This document shows positions 33,687-40,437 of a stretch of 40,437 nt of DNA, piece by piece. This stretch comes from Chloroflexota bacterium. Lineage in GTDB: Bacteria; Chloroflexota; Dehalococcoidia; SM23-28-2; RBG-16-64-32. Every line of letters starts with the position of its first letter. Within the stretch, counting starts at the first letter, position 1. The stretch is from positions 1 through 40,437 of the forward strand of contig VBJS01000004.1 of assembly GCA_005880055.1 (NCBI GenBank), given 5' to 3'. The translations under genes and the position numbers were made by a program. The notes beneath the pieces are model-generated. The model was not told where the DNA came from. It ran no database searches and was given only the letters and a program-made list of their open reading frames with translations.

Positions 33687-34682
33687 TCAAATCAACCGCT
33701 GCAGCCTGTCATTTGCGGTGATCCCCGGTATCCTGCCTCGCTTCGCCACGGGCCGCCCCTCGATCTCCTTGATGTCCGCCGTGAAGTCGTTCGGCGCGGC
33801 CGAGCTGATGTAACTGCCTACGCCGAATCCCGCGACCGGCGCACCGCTTTCGATGAACCGCCGGATGCGTTCCGGCGTAACGCCTCCGCTGACGAAGATG
33901 CCGACCCACGCGAAACCCGCCTGATCCAGACGAGCCCGTGTCTCCCTTACGAGCTCGGGTGTCACTCCGCCGCGCTCCGACGGTGTATCGAGCCGCACGG
34001 CGTTCAGGCGCTCGCCGAGTTCGGCGGCCACGCGCAGGGACTCCTGCGCCTCGTCGCCGAACGTGTCGACGAGCACCACCCTCGCCACTTCGGGCGGCAT
34101 ATGCCGGTCAAAGGCGGCGGCCGCACGCACAGTATCGCCGAAACAGAGGACCATGGCGTGCGGCATGGTGCCCGATGGTTCCTTTCCCGCCATCAAAGAT
34201 CCCATGCTGGTGGATCCCGACTGGCAACCACCCACGATAGCTGCGTAGTCCATGTAGGGAGCGGCCAGCGGATGGACGTGCCGCGCACCAAAGCTGGCGA
34301 CTGGGATACCGCCCGCCGCCTCTACACATTCGGCGGCTGCTGTCGCCCAGGCGGTCTCGCTGGCGAGGATACCGAGGATCGCGGTCTCGTATATCCCGTA
34401 GCACAGGTAGGGCGCCGTAAGCCGCAGCACGACCTCGCGCGCGGCCATCGTGGCTCCTTCCGTCAGCGCCCAGACCTCTGCGTCGTCGGCCAGGACAGCG
34501 CGCAGCAACGCCTCTACTTCTCGCATGCCGCATAGAAGGCCGGCGCGAGAGGAGAAGAACTCCATCGTCGCCCGAGGGTTGAGGCCCTCGCGCTCCATGA
34601 TCTCCCGCGTGCGGAGGAAGTAAACGTCGGAAGTCTCGCCGGAGAGGATTTGGTCGGCCGGCTGGAAGAGCTCCTCGCTCAA
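33687..34682 (-). CDS. Type II phosphoribosyltransferase, probably a short (archaeal-type) nicotinate phosphoribosyltransferase.
   Basis: 331 aa with N-terminal SGETSDVYFLRT, GARHVHP and GTMPHAMV motifs and VLVDTF, as in the NadC/PncB fold. It is adjacent to an isochorismatase-family gene. Confidence 0.7.
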   Translation of the reverse strand: MSEELFQPADQILSGETSDVYFLRTREIMEREGLNPRATMEFFSSRAGLLCGMREVEALLRAVLADDAEVWALTEGATMAAREVVLRLTAPYLCYGIYETAILGILASETAWATAAAECVEAAGGIPVASFGARHVHPLAAPYMDYAAIVGGCQSGSTSMGSLMAGKEPSGTMPHAMVLCFGDTVRAAAAFDRHMPPEVARVVLVDTFGDEAQESLRVAAELGERLNAVRLDTPSERGGVTPELVRETRARLDQAGFAWVGIFVSGGVTPERIRRFIESGAPVAGFGVGSYISSAAPNDFTADIKEIEGRPVAKRGRIPGITANDRLQRLI

Positions 34683-34688
34683 GGCGAC

Positions 34689-35219
34689 CTATAGAGGCAA
34701 GCTGCTGGTGATGCGAACGCCAAGCACGGCCTGCATCTGCTTCAGGGCGAATTCGTGCGCTTCCGGGTCGAACGTGGCCACGCAGTCGGCCGGCACTTCA
34801 ACGGTGTAGTCGTGGTAACGTGCGTCGGCGGCGGTGTAGAGCACGCAGATGTTGGTGCAATTTCCCACGATGGTGATCTTGTCTGGCTGCGCCTCCGTCA
34901 GCCGCTGCGCCAGGTCCGTCTCGAAGAAGGCGCTATAACGCCGCTTGGGGATCACTTCGCGGGCGAAACCCCTCAGCTCTGGAATCACTTCCGGCTCCTC
35001 GGTGCCCCGAATGCAGTGCGGCGGAAACATCTCGAACTCTTTGTCGTCCGGATCATGCGTGTCGCAGATGAAAATGATCCTGGAGCCCGCCTGATTCTCT
35101 TTCCAGAGAAGATCCCTGATCCGGGGAATGACCTCGCGTATCGAGGGGCCGATGTAGAGGTTATGTCCTTCCTCGCAGAACCCCCGGACCATGTCCGCGA
35201 CCAGCACGACGTTCGGCAT
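34689..35219 (-). CDS. Isochorismatase-family cysteine hydrolase, probably a nicotinamidase.
   Basis: 176 aa with VLVADMVRGF, FPPHCIRGT, and the catalytic-Cys context IVGNCTNICV. Confidence 0.75.
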   Translation of the reverse strand: MPNVVLVADMVRGFCEEGHNLYIGPSIREVIPRIRDLLWKENQAGSRIIFICDTHDPDDKEFEMFPPHCIRGTEEPEVIPELRGFAREVIPKRRYSAFFETDLAQRLTEAQPDKITIVGNCTNICVLYTAADARYHDYTVEVPADCVATFDPEAHEFALKQMQAVLGVRITSSLPL

Positions 35220-35230
35220 GCGCCCGGTCT

Positions 35231-35605
35231 CTAGCGGCGAAAGATCATCCGCCTGGTGATAATAGTTTCGCTGAAGGCCAAGACCTCGCTTTCGGGCGCC
35301 CCATTCCTGCGTGCCAGGGCGCGCTCCTTCGGAGACTGCTTCCTGGGCCGCGTCTCATGGCCTCTGGACCGCATCGGCGCGCTCACGGCCCTCTTTGTAA
35401 CCGTGCGCATCAGCCACTCGGCGGCGATTCCTGCAATGACAAGCGCCGCGCCGCGAGCGACAACCGGCGCCGCGCTTCGCCAGAGGGCAGGCACAGGTGC
35501 CGGCTCGCGGTGTACCGGGAGCCGCGAGCCGGGCCGCTCGATCCCGCAGACTCGGCAGAAGCCGTCTTCAAACGAAGCGTAAGAGCCACAAGACGGGCAA
35601 TTCAT
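35231..35605 (-). CDS. Hypothetical zinc-ribbon protein with one TM segment.
   Basis: 124 aa. MNCPSCGSYASFEDGFCRVCG is followed by a hydrophobic stretch (AALVIAGIAAEWL). The SD GGAGGAGAAGG lies upstream. Confidence 0.55.
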   Translation of the reverse strand: MNCPSCGSYASFEDGFCRVCGIERPGSRLPVHREPAPVPALWRSAAPVVARGAALVIAGIAAEWLMRTVTKRAVSAPMRSRGHETRPRKQSPKERALARRNGAPESEVLAFSETIITRRMIFRR

Positions 35606-35705
35606 CCTTCTCCTCCAGTTAGGGCGACGACAGATGCATTATAGCGCCGTCCGCTTGAGCCGCCGCGCCGAGTGGGCGCGCCGGTCGGCACTCCAGCGGC
35701 GGCTG

Positions 35706-36527
35706 TCATGCCAAAGAGGCGGCCACGGAGCGCCGTATCTCCTGTGTCAGGTCTTGCGGTCCAACGGGCCGGCCGTCGGCATCGAATACCGCCTTATCGC
35801 GTATCGCAATCCGCTCCGTCGCGAACGCGCGCAGGGTTTCGATAACAAGGGGCACTTCGTGGGCGAGCCCGTGACGCCGGATCTCGGCGAACAGCGGGTT
35901 GGCTTCCCCTTCACGCTCATTCACTTCTGTGACGTCGCGGTCGGCGATGGTTTCCCAGAGTTCGTCGAATGCCGGGCCGCGAATAGAGTAGGTGCCATAG
36001 GTCACCGGTGGCCCTTCATCGAGATCCGGCGTCGCCAGATGCATCATCACGCCGGCTTGCTCCGCGCCCGATTCGATCAGATGCCAGATGACGTCCTGCC
36101 ACACGCCTTTGGGGCCGCCCGGCGGCGCCGGGTGCAGGTTGAGCAGGTCCCAGCGCCTTGCCGCCTCCTGGCAGAAGATCAGCATGTAACCGGCAAGAAC
36201 GCCCAGCTCAAACCGGTAGGGCTCCAGCAGTCGCATCGCTTCGCGGTCGTATTCTCGCCGCCATTCCGGCAAAGGGGCGCCCTTCTTTGCCGGTTTCCCG
36301 CCCCGGCGCCGCCTGAACTCGCGGGAGGAAAGGCAGACCAGTGGGAGCTCGCAGCCCCTTACCAGATCGAGGAACTCGTCCGTGTTAGGGTCTTCGCCGC
36401 GCTCGCGATTGCAGAACACGACTGCGATCTCGACCGACAGGCGTCCGGAAGCGATCTCCTCTTGTACGGCGGCCAATAATCGGCGAGAGCCCGGCCCCCT
36501 CCCGGTTGAGAACCAACCAATCTTCAT
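35706..36527 (-). CDS. Formyltransferase-family protein (atypically long PurN-like GAR transformylase homologue)
   Basis: 273 aa. The N-terminus MKIGWFSTGRGPGS resembles that of PurN. NLHPAPPGGPKG replaces the usual N-x-HPSLLP motif, and HLATPDLDEGPPV retains the Asp. It has an ATGA overlap with the upstream PHP gene. Confidence 0.65.
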   Translation of the reverse strand: MKIGWFSTGRGPGSRRLLAAVQEEIASGRLSVEIAVVFCNRERGEDPNTDEFLDLVRGCELPLVCLSSREFRRRRGGKPAKKGAPLPEWRREYDREAMRLLEPYRFELGVLAGYMLIFCQEAARRWDLLNLHPAPPGGPKGVWQDVIWHLIESGAEQAGVMMHLATPDLDEGPPVTYGTYSIRGPAFDELWETIADRDVTEVNEREGEANPLFAEIRRHGLAHEVPLVIETLRAFATERIAIRDKAVFDADGRPVGPQDLTQEIRRSVAASLA

Positions 36528-37201
36528 GCTGTATCCGGCCTCCACCCCAGCCACCGCCTGAGCACCGCGTAGCGGCTGATCAGGTGCACGAGCGGGCTGG
36601 ACAGCCGGCCGCGCGGCGTGCCCTTCCGCAAGGACTCCAGGAAGTCCTTCGGACCTTCAAACGCCGGCATCTCGACATAAGCACGCCCCACTTCACGCCT
36701 GGAGTGGGCATCACTTCCGGCAGACGCGGGCTTGTTGTTTTGCTGCGCGAAGCGAAGTGCCTGTTCGTTATGGCCCGCCACAACGATCCGTGCGTTGAGG
36801 CACTCGATAAAGTCTATCTGGTCGATCAGCGCCGTCATCTTCCTCGTGTCCAATGCCGATCGCAGGCTATCGAACGGATGCGGGACTCCGATCAGGCCGC
36901 CCTGCTCCTTGATTCGCGCTATTGTCTCGGCGCCGGGCAGACCCCGCGGCACATCCTTTGTGAGGAAGAGCCCGAGGAGCTCGCCGTCTGATGTCAGCAC
37001 CTCTGCGCCGACGATTACCCGGCAGTCTGCGATCTCTCGCACGGCCAGCCCGCCGCGAATAGTATTGTGATCCGTCACGGCAATGCAGTCGAGGCCACGC
37101 TCGTGGGCCCGCCGGGCGAAGTCCTTCGGACTAAGAATGCTGTCCGGAGAATAGTGGGTGTGGTTGTGAAGGTCTGCTCTGATCAGCCTGCTGCCGCTCA
37201 T
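36524..37201 (-). CDS. PHP-domain metal-dependent phosphoesterase
   Basis: 225 aa with ADLHNHTHYSPDS, AVTDHNT, GSDAH and VPHP motifs. Confidence 0.82.
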   Translation of the reverse strand: MSGSRLIRADLHNHTHYSPDSILSPKDFARRAHERGLDCIAVTDHNTIRGGLAVREIADCRVIVGAEVLTSDGELLGLFLTKDVPRGLPGAETIARIKEQGGLIGVPHPFDSLRSALDTRKMTALIDQIDFIECLNARIVVAGHNEQALRFAQQNNKPASAGSDAHSRREVGRAYVEMPAFEGPKDFLESLRKGTPRGRLSSPLVHLISRYAVLRRWLGWRPDTA

Positions 37202-37488
37202 TCCAGCGGGAGTTCGTCCTGGGCGACGGCCGGCTCGTACTCCGGCTCGTACGTCTCCGTCTCCTCGCCCACGGCCGTTAACCCTTCGGAGAACGATTCC
37301 TGCAGGCGGGTGATGCGCATTTCGGCCTGCTGCAAGATCTCCTGGCAGCGCTTGGCCAGCTTCATCCCTTCCTCGTACAGCGCCAGCGACTCCTCAAGCG
37401 TGAGGTCGCCCTGTTCGAGGCGGGCCACGGTCTCTTCCAGCCGCTGGTAAAGCGCCTCGAACCCCGGTTCGTCCTTCTTAGAAGCCAT
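37198..37488 (-). CDS. xseB: Exodeoxyribonuclease VII small subunit
   Basis: 96 aa with FEALYQRLEETVARLEQGDLTLEESLALYEEGMKLAKRC. Confidence 0.9.
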   Translation of the reverse strand: MASKKDEPGFEALYQRLEETVARLEQGDLTLEESLALYEEGMKLAKRCQEILQQAEMRITRLQESFSEGLTAVGEETETYEPEYEPAVAQDELPLE

Positions 37489-38671
37489 ACTGCCGCGATA
37501 CGTCCGCCGGAAAGCGGCCGTCCTTTACGTGCACGTCCAGCCGGTCCTTCCCCTTCACCTGGTGGACGCTGGTGATGGCCTGCTTGCCTTCGCGCAGTTG
37601 CACCACCGCGTAACCGCGGGCGAGTGTGGCCCTGGGATCGAGCGAGCGAAGCTGAAGCGCACACGCGTTTGCGCCCTGCGACCGTCCGTCCATTCCCCGG
37701 CCCAGTACCGCGCCCGCGTGTCGCACCATCGCCGCGATTTGCTCCAGCCGGCGCGATGGATCGGGAATGGCTGCCCGCATCCGGTGGCCCGCGGCCTCCA
37801 TGCCGGAAAGGCGGCGCCTCACGGGGCCGTCGACTGCTGTGTACCCTGCCTGCATCAGGGCGCGCACCTGGCGCCAGACCTGCTGCCAGTCTGGCGCCAC
37901 TATCTCCGCGGCTGCCGATGGCGTCGGTGCGCGCACGTCGGCTACGAAGTCGGCGATGGTGTAGTCTGTCTCGTGCCCGACCGCGGAGACGACCGGGACC
38001 GTGCTGGCGAAGATGGCGCGGGCGACTATCTCCTCGTTGAACGCCCATAACTCCTCGATCGAGCCGCCGCCTCGGGCGACGATGATGACGTCCGTGCACG
38101 GGCGCTCGTTGAGCTGGCGAATCGCCTCCGTAACCCCGATGGCGGCACGCACGCCCTGCACCGGAGTCGGGGCGAGCACGATTTCTGCAAGTGGCCAGCG
38201 GCGGCTTATGACCCTCAGGATATCGTGGAAGACCGCCCCCGACGGCGAGGTCACGACGCCGATGCACGAGGGAAACGCCGGCAGCTGGCGCTTGCGCTCT
38301 TCGGCGAACAGCCCTTCGGCGGCCAGCTTCTCCCGCAAGCGCTCGAACTCCGCTTGCTTGGCGCCGACGCCGGCCGGCTGCACGAAATCGACGACCAGCT
38401 GGATGTCGCCGCGTTGTTCGTAGAACGTGACGTTGCCGTGTGCCAGCACTTGGGCGCCGTTGTCCAGGGGCGCGCCGCGGTATTGGCGCTGGAACATGAC
38501 GCAGCGGAGCGCGTACGCGCCTTCTTTCAGCGTGAAGTAGACGTGCCCGCGGGTTGACCGGGAAAGGTTGGAGATCTCGCCCTCAACCCAGAGGTTGGAG
38601 AGCTTGAGGTCGCCCTCGATCACATCCTTCAGGTAGCGGGCGAGCCGGGAGACAGAGATCGATTCGAGCAC
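37478..38671 (-). CDS. xseA: Exodeoxyribonuclease VII large subunit
   Basis: 397 aa with an N-terminal OB fold (LWVEGEISN...GHVYFTLKE) and IGVVTSPSGA, RGGGSIEELWAFNEE and GHETD motifs. Confidence 0.92.
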   Translation of the reverse strand: MLESISVSRLARYLKDVIEGDLKLSNLWVEGEISNLSRSTRGHVYFTLKEGAYALRCVMFQRQYRGAPLDNGAQVLAHGNVTFYEQRGDIQLVVDFVQPAGVGAKQAEFERLREKLAAEGLFAEERKRQLPAFPSCIGVVTSPSGAVFHDILRVISRRWPLAEIVLAPTPVQGVRAAIGVTEAIRQLNERPCTDVIIVARGGGSIEELWAFNEEIVARAIFASTVPVVSAVGHETDYTIADFVADVRAPTPSAAAEIVAPDWQQVWRQVRALMQAGYTAVDGPVRRRLSGMEAAGHRMRAAIPDPSRRLEQIAAMVRHAGAVLGRGMDGRSQGANACALQLRSLDPRATLARGYAVVQLREGKQAITSVHQVKGKDRLDVHVKDGRFPADVSRQYGF

Positions 38672-38724
38672 GGGTCTATTGTACCGGAGAAGAACTGCCG
38701 GCCGTCGGCTCTAATGGCACTCGC

Positions 38725-40086
38725 TCAGCGCTCGAGGAAGGCCGCGCTTGCCCAGCCCTGGTTACCGGAGGGCGTTGTGACTGCAATCCAAGTTCCGCTG
38801 TCGCCGCTTCGAGACTCGCCGGTGTCGTGTAAAAGAACCCCATCTGCCACGCAGTCGAGCACTTCGCCGGATGACGAGGGCTCTGCGCGAATCTGGAGGC
38901 AAGATCCGGTGTTCACAACTCGCGCGAACCGCCCGACCTGAACCGCATCGACGAGCGACCTTCCGTAGGGTTGGTACGGCCGCTGATCTCGAACGAACGT
39001 ATCCCTCAGTAGTCGGTACTCGCCTGATGCCAAATCGAGAAGCGCGGGCACCGGGACCCCCAGGTACTCCGGCGGAGGTGGCACATTTATGGTCACCACG
39101 GCCCGGTCATCCTTCGGCGACCACCAACCCGGCACGATGAACTGGGATGTCTTGTATAGACGCTGGCGAGACGGAACACTACCGTTCATCGCATATGTTT
39201 CAAGGCCGTACGCGGACACGCCACCCTCAGCCAGGTCCACACCGAGCAGGAATGAGCCTTTGTCGGGGGTGAGGTCACCGAGCATTCGGCGGGCGACGCC
39301 GATTCCGCTGCGATCCGGGATAAATACAGCACCATCGCTCAATAGCAGCCCGCCGGCGCTTGTCCTCCAAAGGGCCTGCCCTGAGGCCGTCAACACCGGA
39401 GGGTAGTTCGAAGCTCCACTGGGCTGTTCAACAACAATATTTCCCGGGTACGTTCTGAACTCAACTCCGGCCAGCGGTTGTAGGTAATTCATGGTGAGGA
39501 CCTCACCGCTTTCAAGCAGGCCGACCACGAAGAGGGCCGGACCGCCTCGCGCGATCTCGTTCCACGTCACGCCCCCATCGGTCGAACGGAGGATGGCGCT
39601 TACCGAGTCCGCTTCCCAACTACTCAAACCACCAGTGCCGCATCCTCCTTTAATGCACAAACTGACGGCCATGACAGATGCATCCGGGATGACTGCGAGC
39701 CCATTGACGCTGGGGGCGTACTCATGAGTCGACCCGTCGGGTGCGACAACCGTTTGCTTCGGATAATCAAGGGCCGCTGGATCGAGGATAGTTTCGCTAC
39801 GGATCGTGCTCGCGCGATCTTTGTAGAGCCGAACCAGACTGCTTGGGCCACCTTCACAGCCCCAACACCCCGTTTCAACGATGAGCGCCATGTTGTCCGG
39901 AAAGGGAGCGTCCGGGCCCATCCGGAGTGTTTGAACGTCTGCCGGACTCATGGAAGGCATTGCTGACTGTGCCGACGCGCTGCCTGTAGGACTCGCGGTA
40001 TTACTGGGTGCCGGCCTGTCGTCGTTGCTTCCGCACGCCGCCAGTAGTGCGATGAAAGGCACGATGGAGAGCCGCATCCAACTCAT
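38725..40086 (-). CDS. Lipoprotein with a BNR/Asp-box motif and a C-terminal bacterial SH3 domain.
   Basis: 453 aa. It has a lipobox (FIALLAACGS), one clear Asp-box (STDGGVTW), and a C-terminal SH3b-like segment (LQIRAEPSSSGEVLDCVADGVLL...GWASAAFL). Confidence 0.7.
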   Translation of the reverse strand: MSWMRLSIVPFIALLAACGSNDDRPAPSNTASPTGSASAQSAMPSMSPADVQTLRMGPDAPFPDNMALIVETGCWGCEGGPSSLVRLYKDRASTIRSETILDPAALDYPKQTVVAPDGSTHEYAPSVNGLAVIPDASVMAVSLCIKGGCGTGGLSSWEADSVSAILRSTDGGVTWNEIARGGPALFVVGLLESGEVLTMNYLQPLAGVEFRTYPGNIVVEQPSGASNYPPVLTASGQALWRTSAGGLLLSDGAVFIPDRSGIGVARRMLGDLTPDKGSFLLGVDLAEGGVSAYGLETYAMNGSVPSRQRLYKTSQFIVPGWWSPKDDRAVVTINVPPPPEYLGVPVPALLDLASGEYRLLRDTFVRDQRPYQPYGRSLVDAVQVGRFARVVNTGSCLQIRAEPSSSGEVLDCVADGVLLHDTGESRSGDSGTWIAVTTPSGNQGWASAAFLER

Positions 40087-40203
40087 CTTCGTACTACGAG
40101 AAACGCCCGCTTATGGAAGCGGTTACGGGCAAACGCTGCCCCTGCTTTGCAACCGCTCAGAAGACGGCCGCCGGCCGCGTAGAGACGGGCCGCCGGGCCG
40201 TCT

Positions 40204-40437
40204 CTACCTGCCGGCGCGCTCCAGGTACTCGCCGGTCCGCGTGTCGATCTTGAGCATGTCGCCGACGTTCACGAACAGCGGTACCTGCACGCTGATGCCC
40301 GTCTCCAGCTTCGCCGGCTTCGTTCCGCCCTGCGCCGTGTCGCCACGCACCCAGGGGTCGGTCTGCGTTACGGCGAGCTCGACGGCCGCCGGCAGCTCGA
40401 CGCCGACCGGTTCGTCGCCGTACATCAGCAGGTTGCA
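40204..40437 (-). CDS. efp: Elongation factor P (C-terminal part; the gene continues beyond the window)
   Basis: [60 protein letters not shown] is the typical EF-P domain II/III end. The reading frame is open to the window edge. Confidence 0.9.
   Translation of the reverse strand, partial: CNLLMYGDEPVGVELPAAVELAVTQTDPWVRGDTAQGGTKPAKLETGISVQVPLFVNVGDMLKIDTRTGEYLERAGR

Noticed and set aside
33033-34535. A 500-aa plus-strand ORF. Similar long antisense ORFs are 1140..1991(+), 2913..3869(+), 16310..17296(+), 17293..17970(+), 23397..24278(-), 27698..28558(+), 35634..36479(+) and 37362..38267(-).
   Set aside because: All lie antisense to genes with strong family signatures. They have the Arg/Gly/Pro/Ala/His-rich composition typical of shadow frames in high-GC DNA, and they lack recognisable motifs and SDs.
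40179-40207. The 10-bp hairpin GTAGAGACGG...CCGTCTCTAC overlapping the efp stop codon, considered as the efp terminator.
   Set aside because: It overlaps the coding end and has a 9-nt GC-rich loop. No U-tract follows it on the minus strand. It is plausible but not supportable from sequence alone.

Overview
This is a 40.4-kb, high-GC, very gene-dense chromosomal segment. It reads as core housekeeping DNA of a Chloroflexota- or Actinobacteria-like bacterium, but that taxon call is inference only. I found no cas genes, no CRISPR array, no tRNA or rRNA, and no intact transposon or prophage.

Gene content from left to right:
- Left edge: a small basic ORF of the kind seen in phages or mobile elements, followed by a lattice of short direct repeats.
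- Long minus-strand operon train: DUF177 (yceD-like), rpmF, a small membrane/zinc-ribbon ORF, fabD, fabG, nusB and acpP, then a terminator. It continues with an unlisted 44-codon ORF, tatA/B, tatC, a family-4 UDG, rnj and ftsK.
- Plus-strand unit: a COG1579 zinc-ribbon protein, a large-serine-recombinase-like ORF, RNase HI and RNase P RNA (type A). murE follows.
- A structured leader or sRNA with a 24-codon ORF and an intrinsic terminator, directly upstream of birA.
- A convergent NfeD-stomatin (SPFH) pair.
- A his cluster: hisZ, a double-length hisG, an unknown His/Asp-motif protein, hisD, hisC, hisB and a Nudix gene.
- Purine genes (purS, purC, purB, purE, purD and a PurN-like gene) interleaved with small uncharacterised enzymes.
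- A nicotinamidase/NAPRTase salvage pair, then xseA-xseB-PHP-formyltransferase, a BNR/SH3b lipoprotein, and the 3' part of efp.

The observations most worth follow-up are:
1. A large-serine-recombinase homologue whose catalytic residues look substituted. It is translationally coupled inside the zinc-ribbon/RNase H/rnpB unit.
2. A 467-aa tandem-duplicated HisG whose N-terminal module has lost the PRPP-loop motif.
3. A switch-like leader upstream of birA, with a perfect SD, an anti-SD, competing helices and a terminator.
4. A 14-nt core repeat on a lattice of about 34 nt at the left edge, with one dispersed copy 29 kb away.
5. A stand-alone protein matching the classical C2H2 zinc-finger spacing.
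6. A plus-strand terminator with no plus-strand gene upstream of it, which makes it a candidate sRNA.

All coordinates and motifs were read by eye from the sequence. No database search was run.
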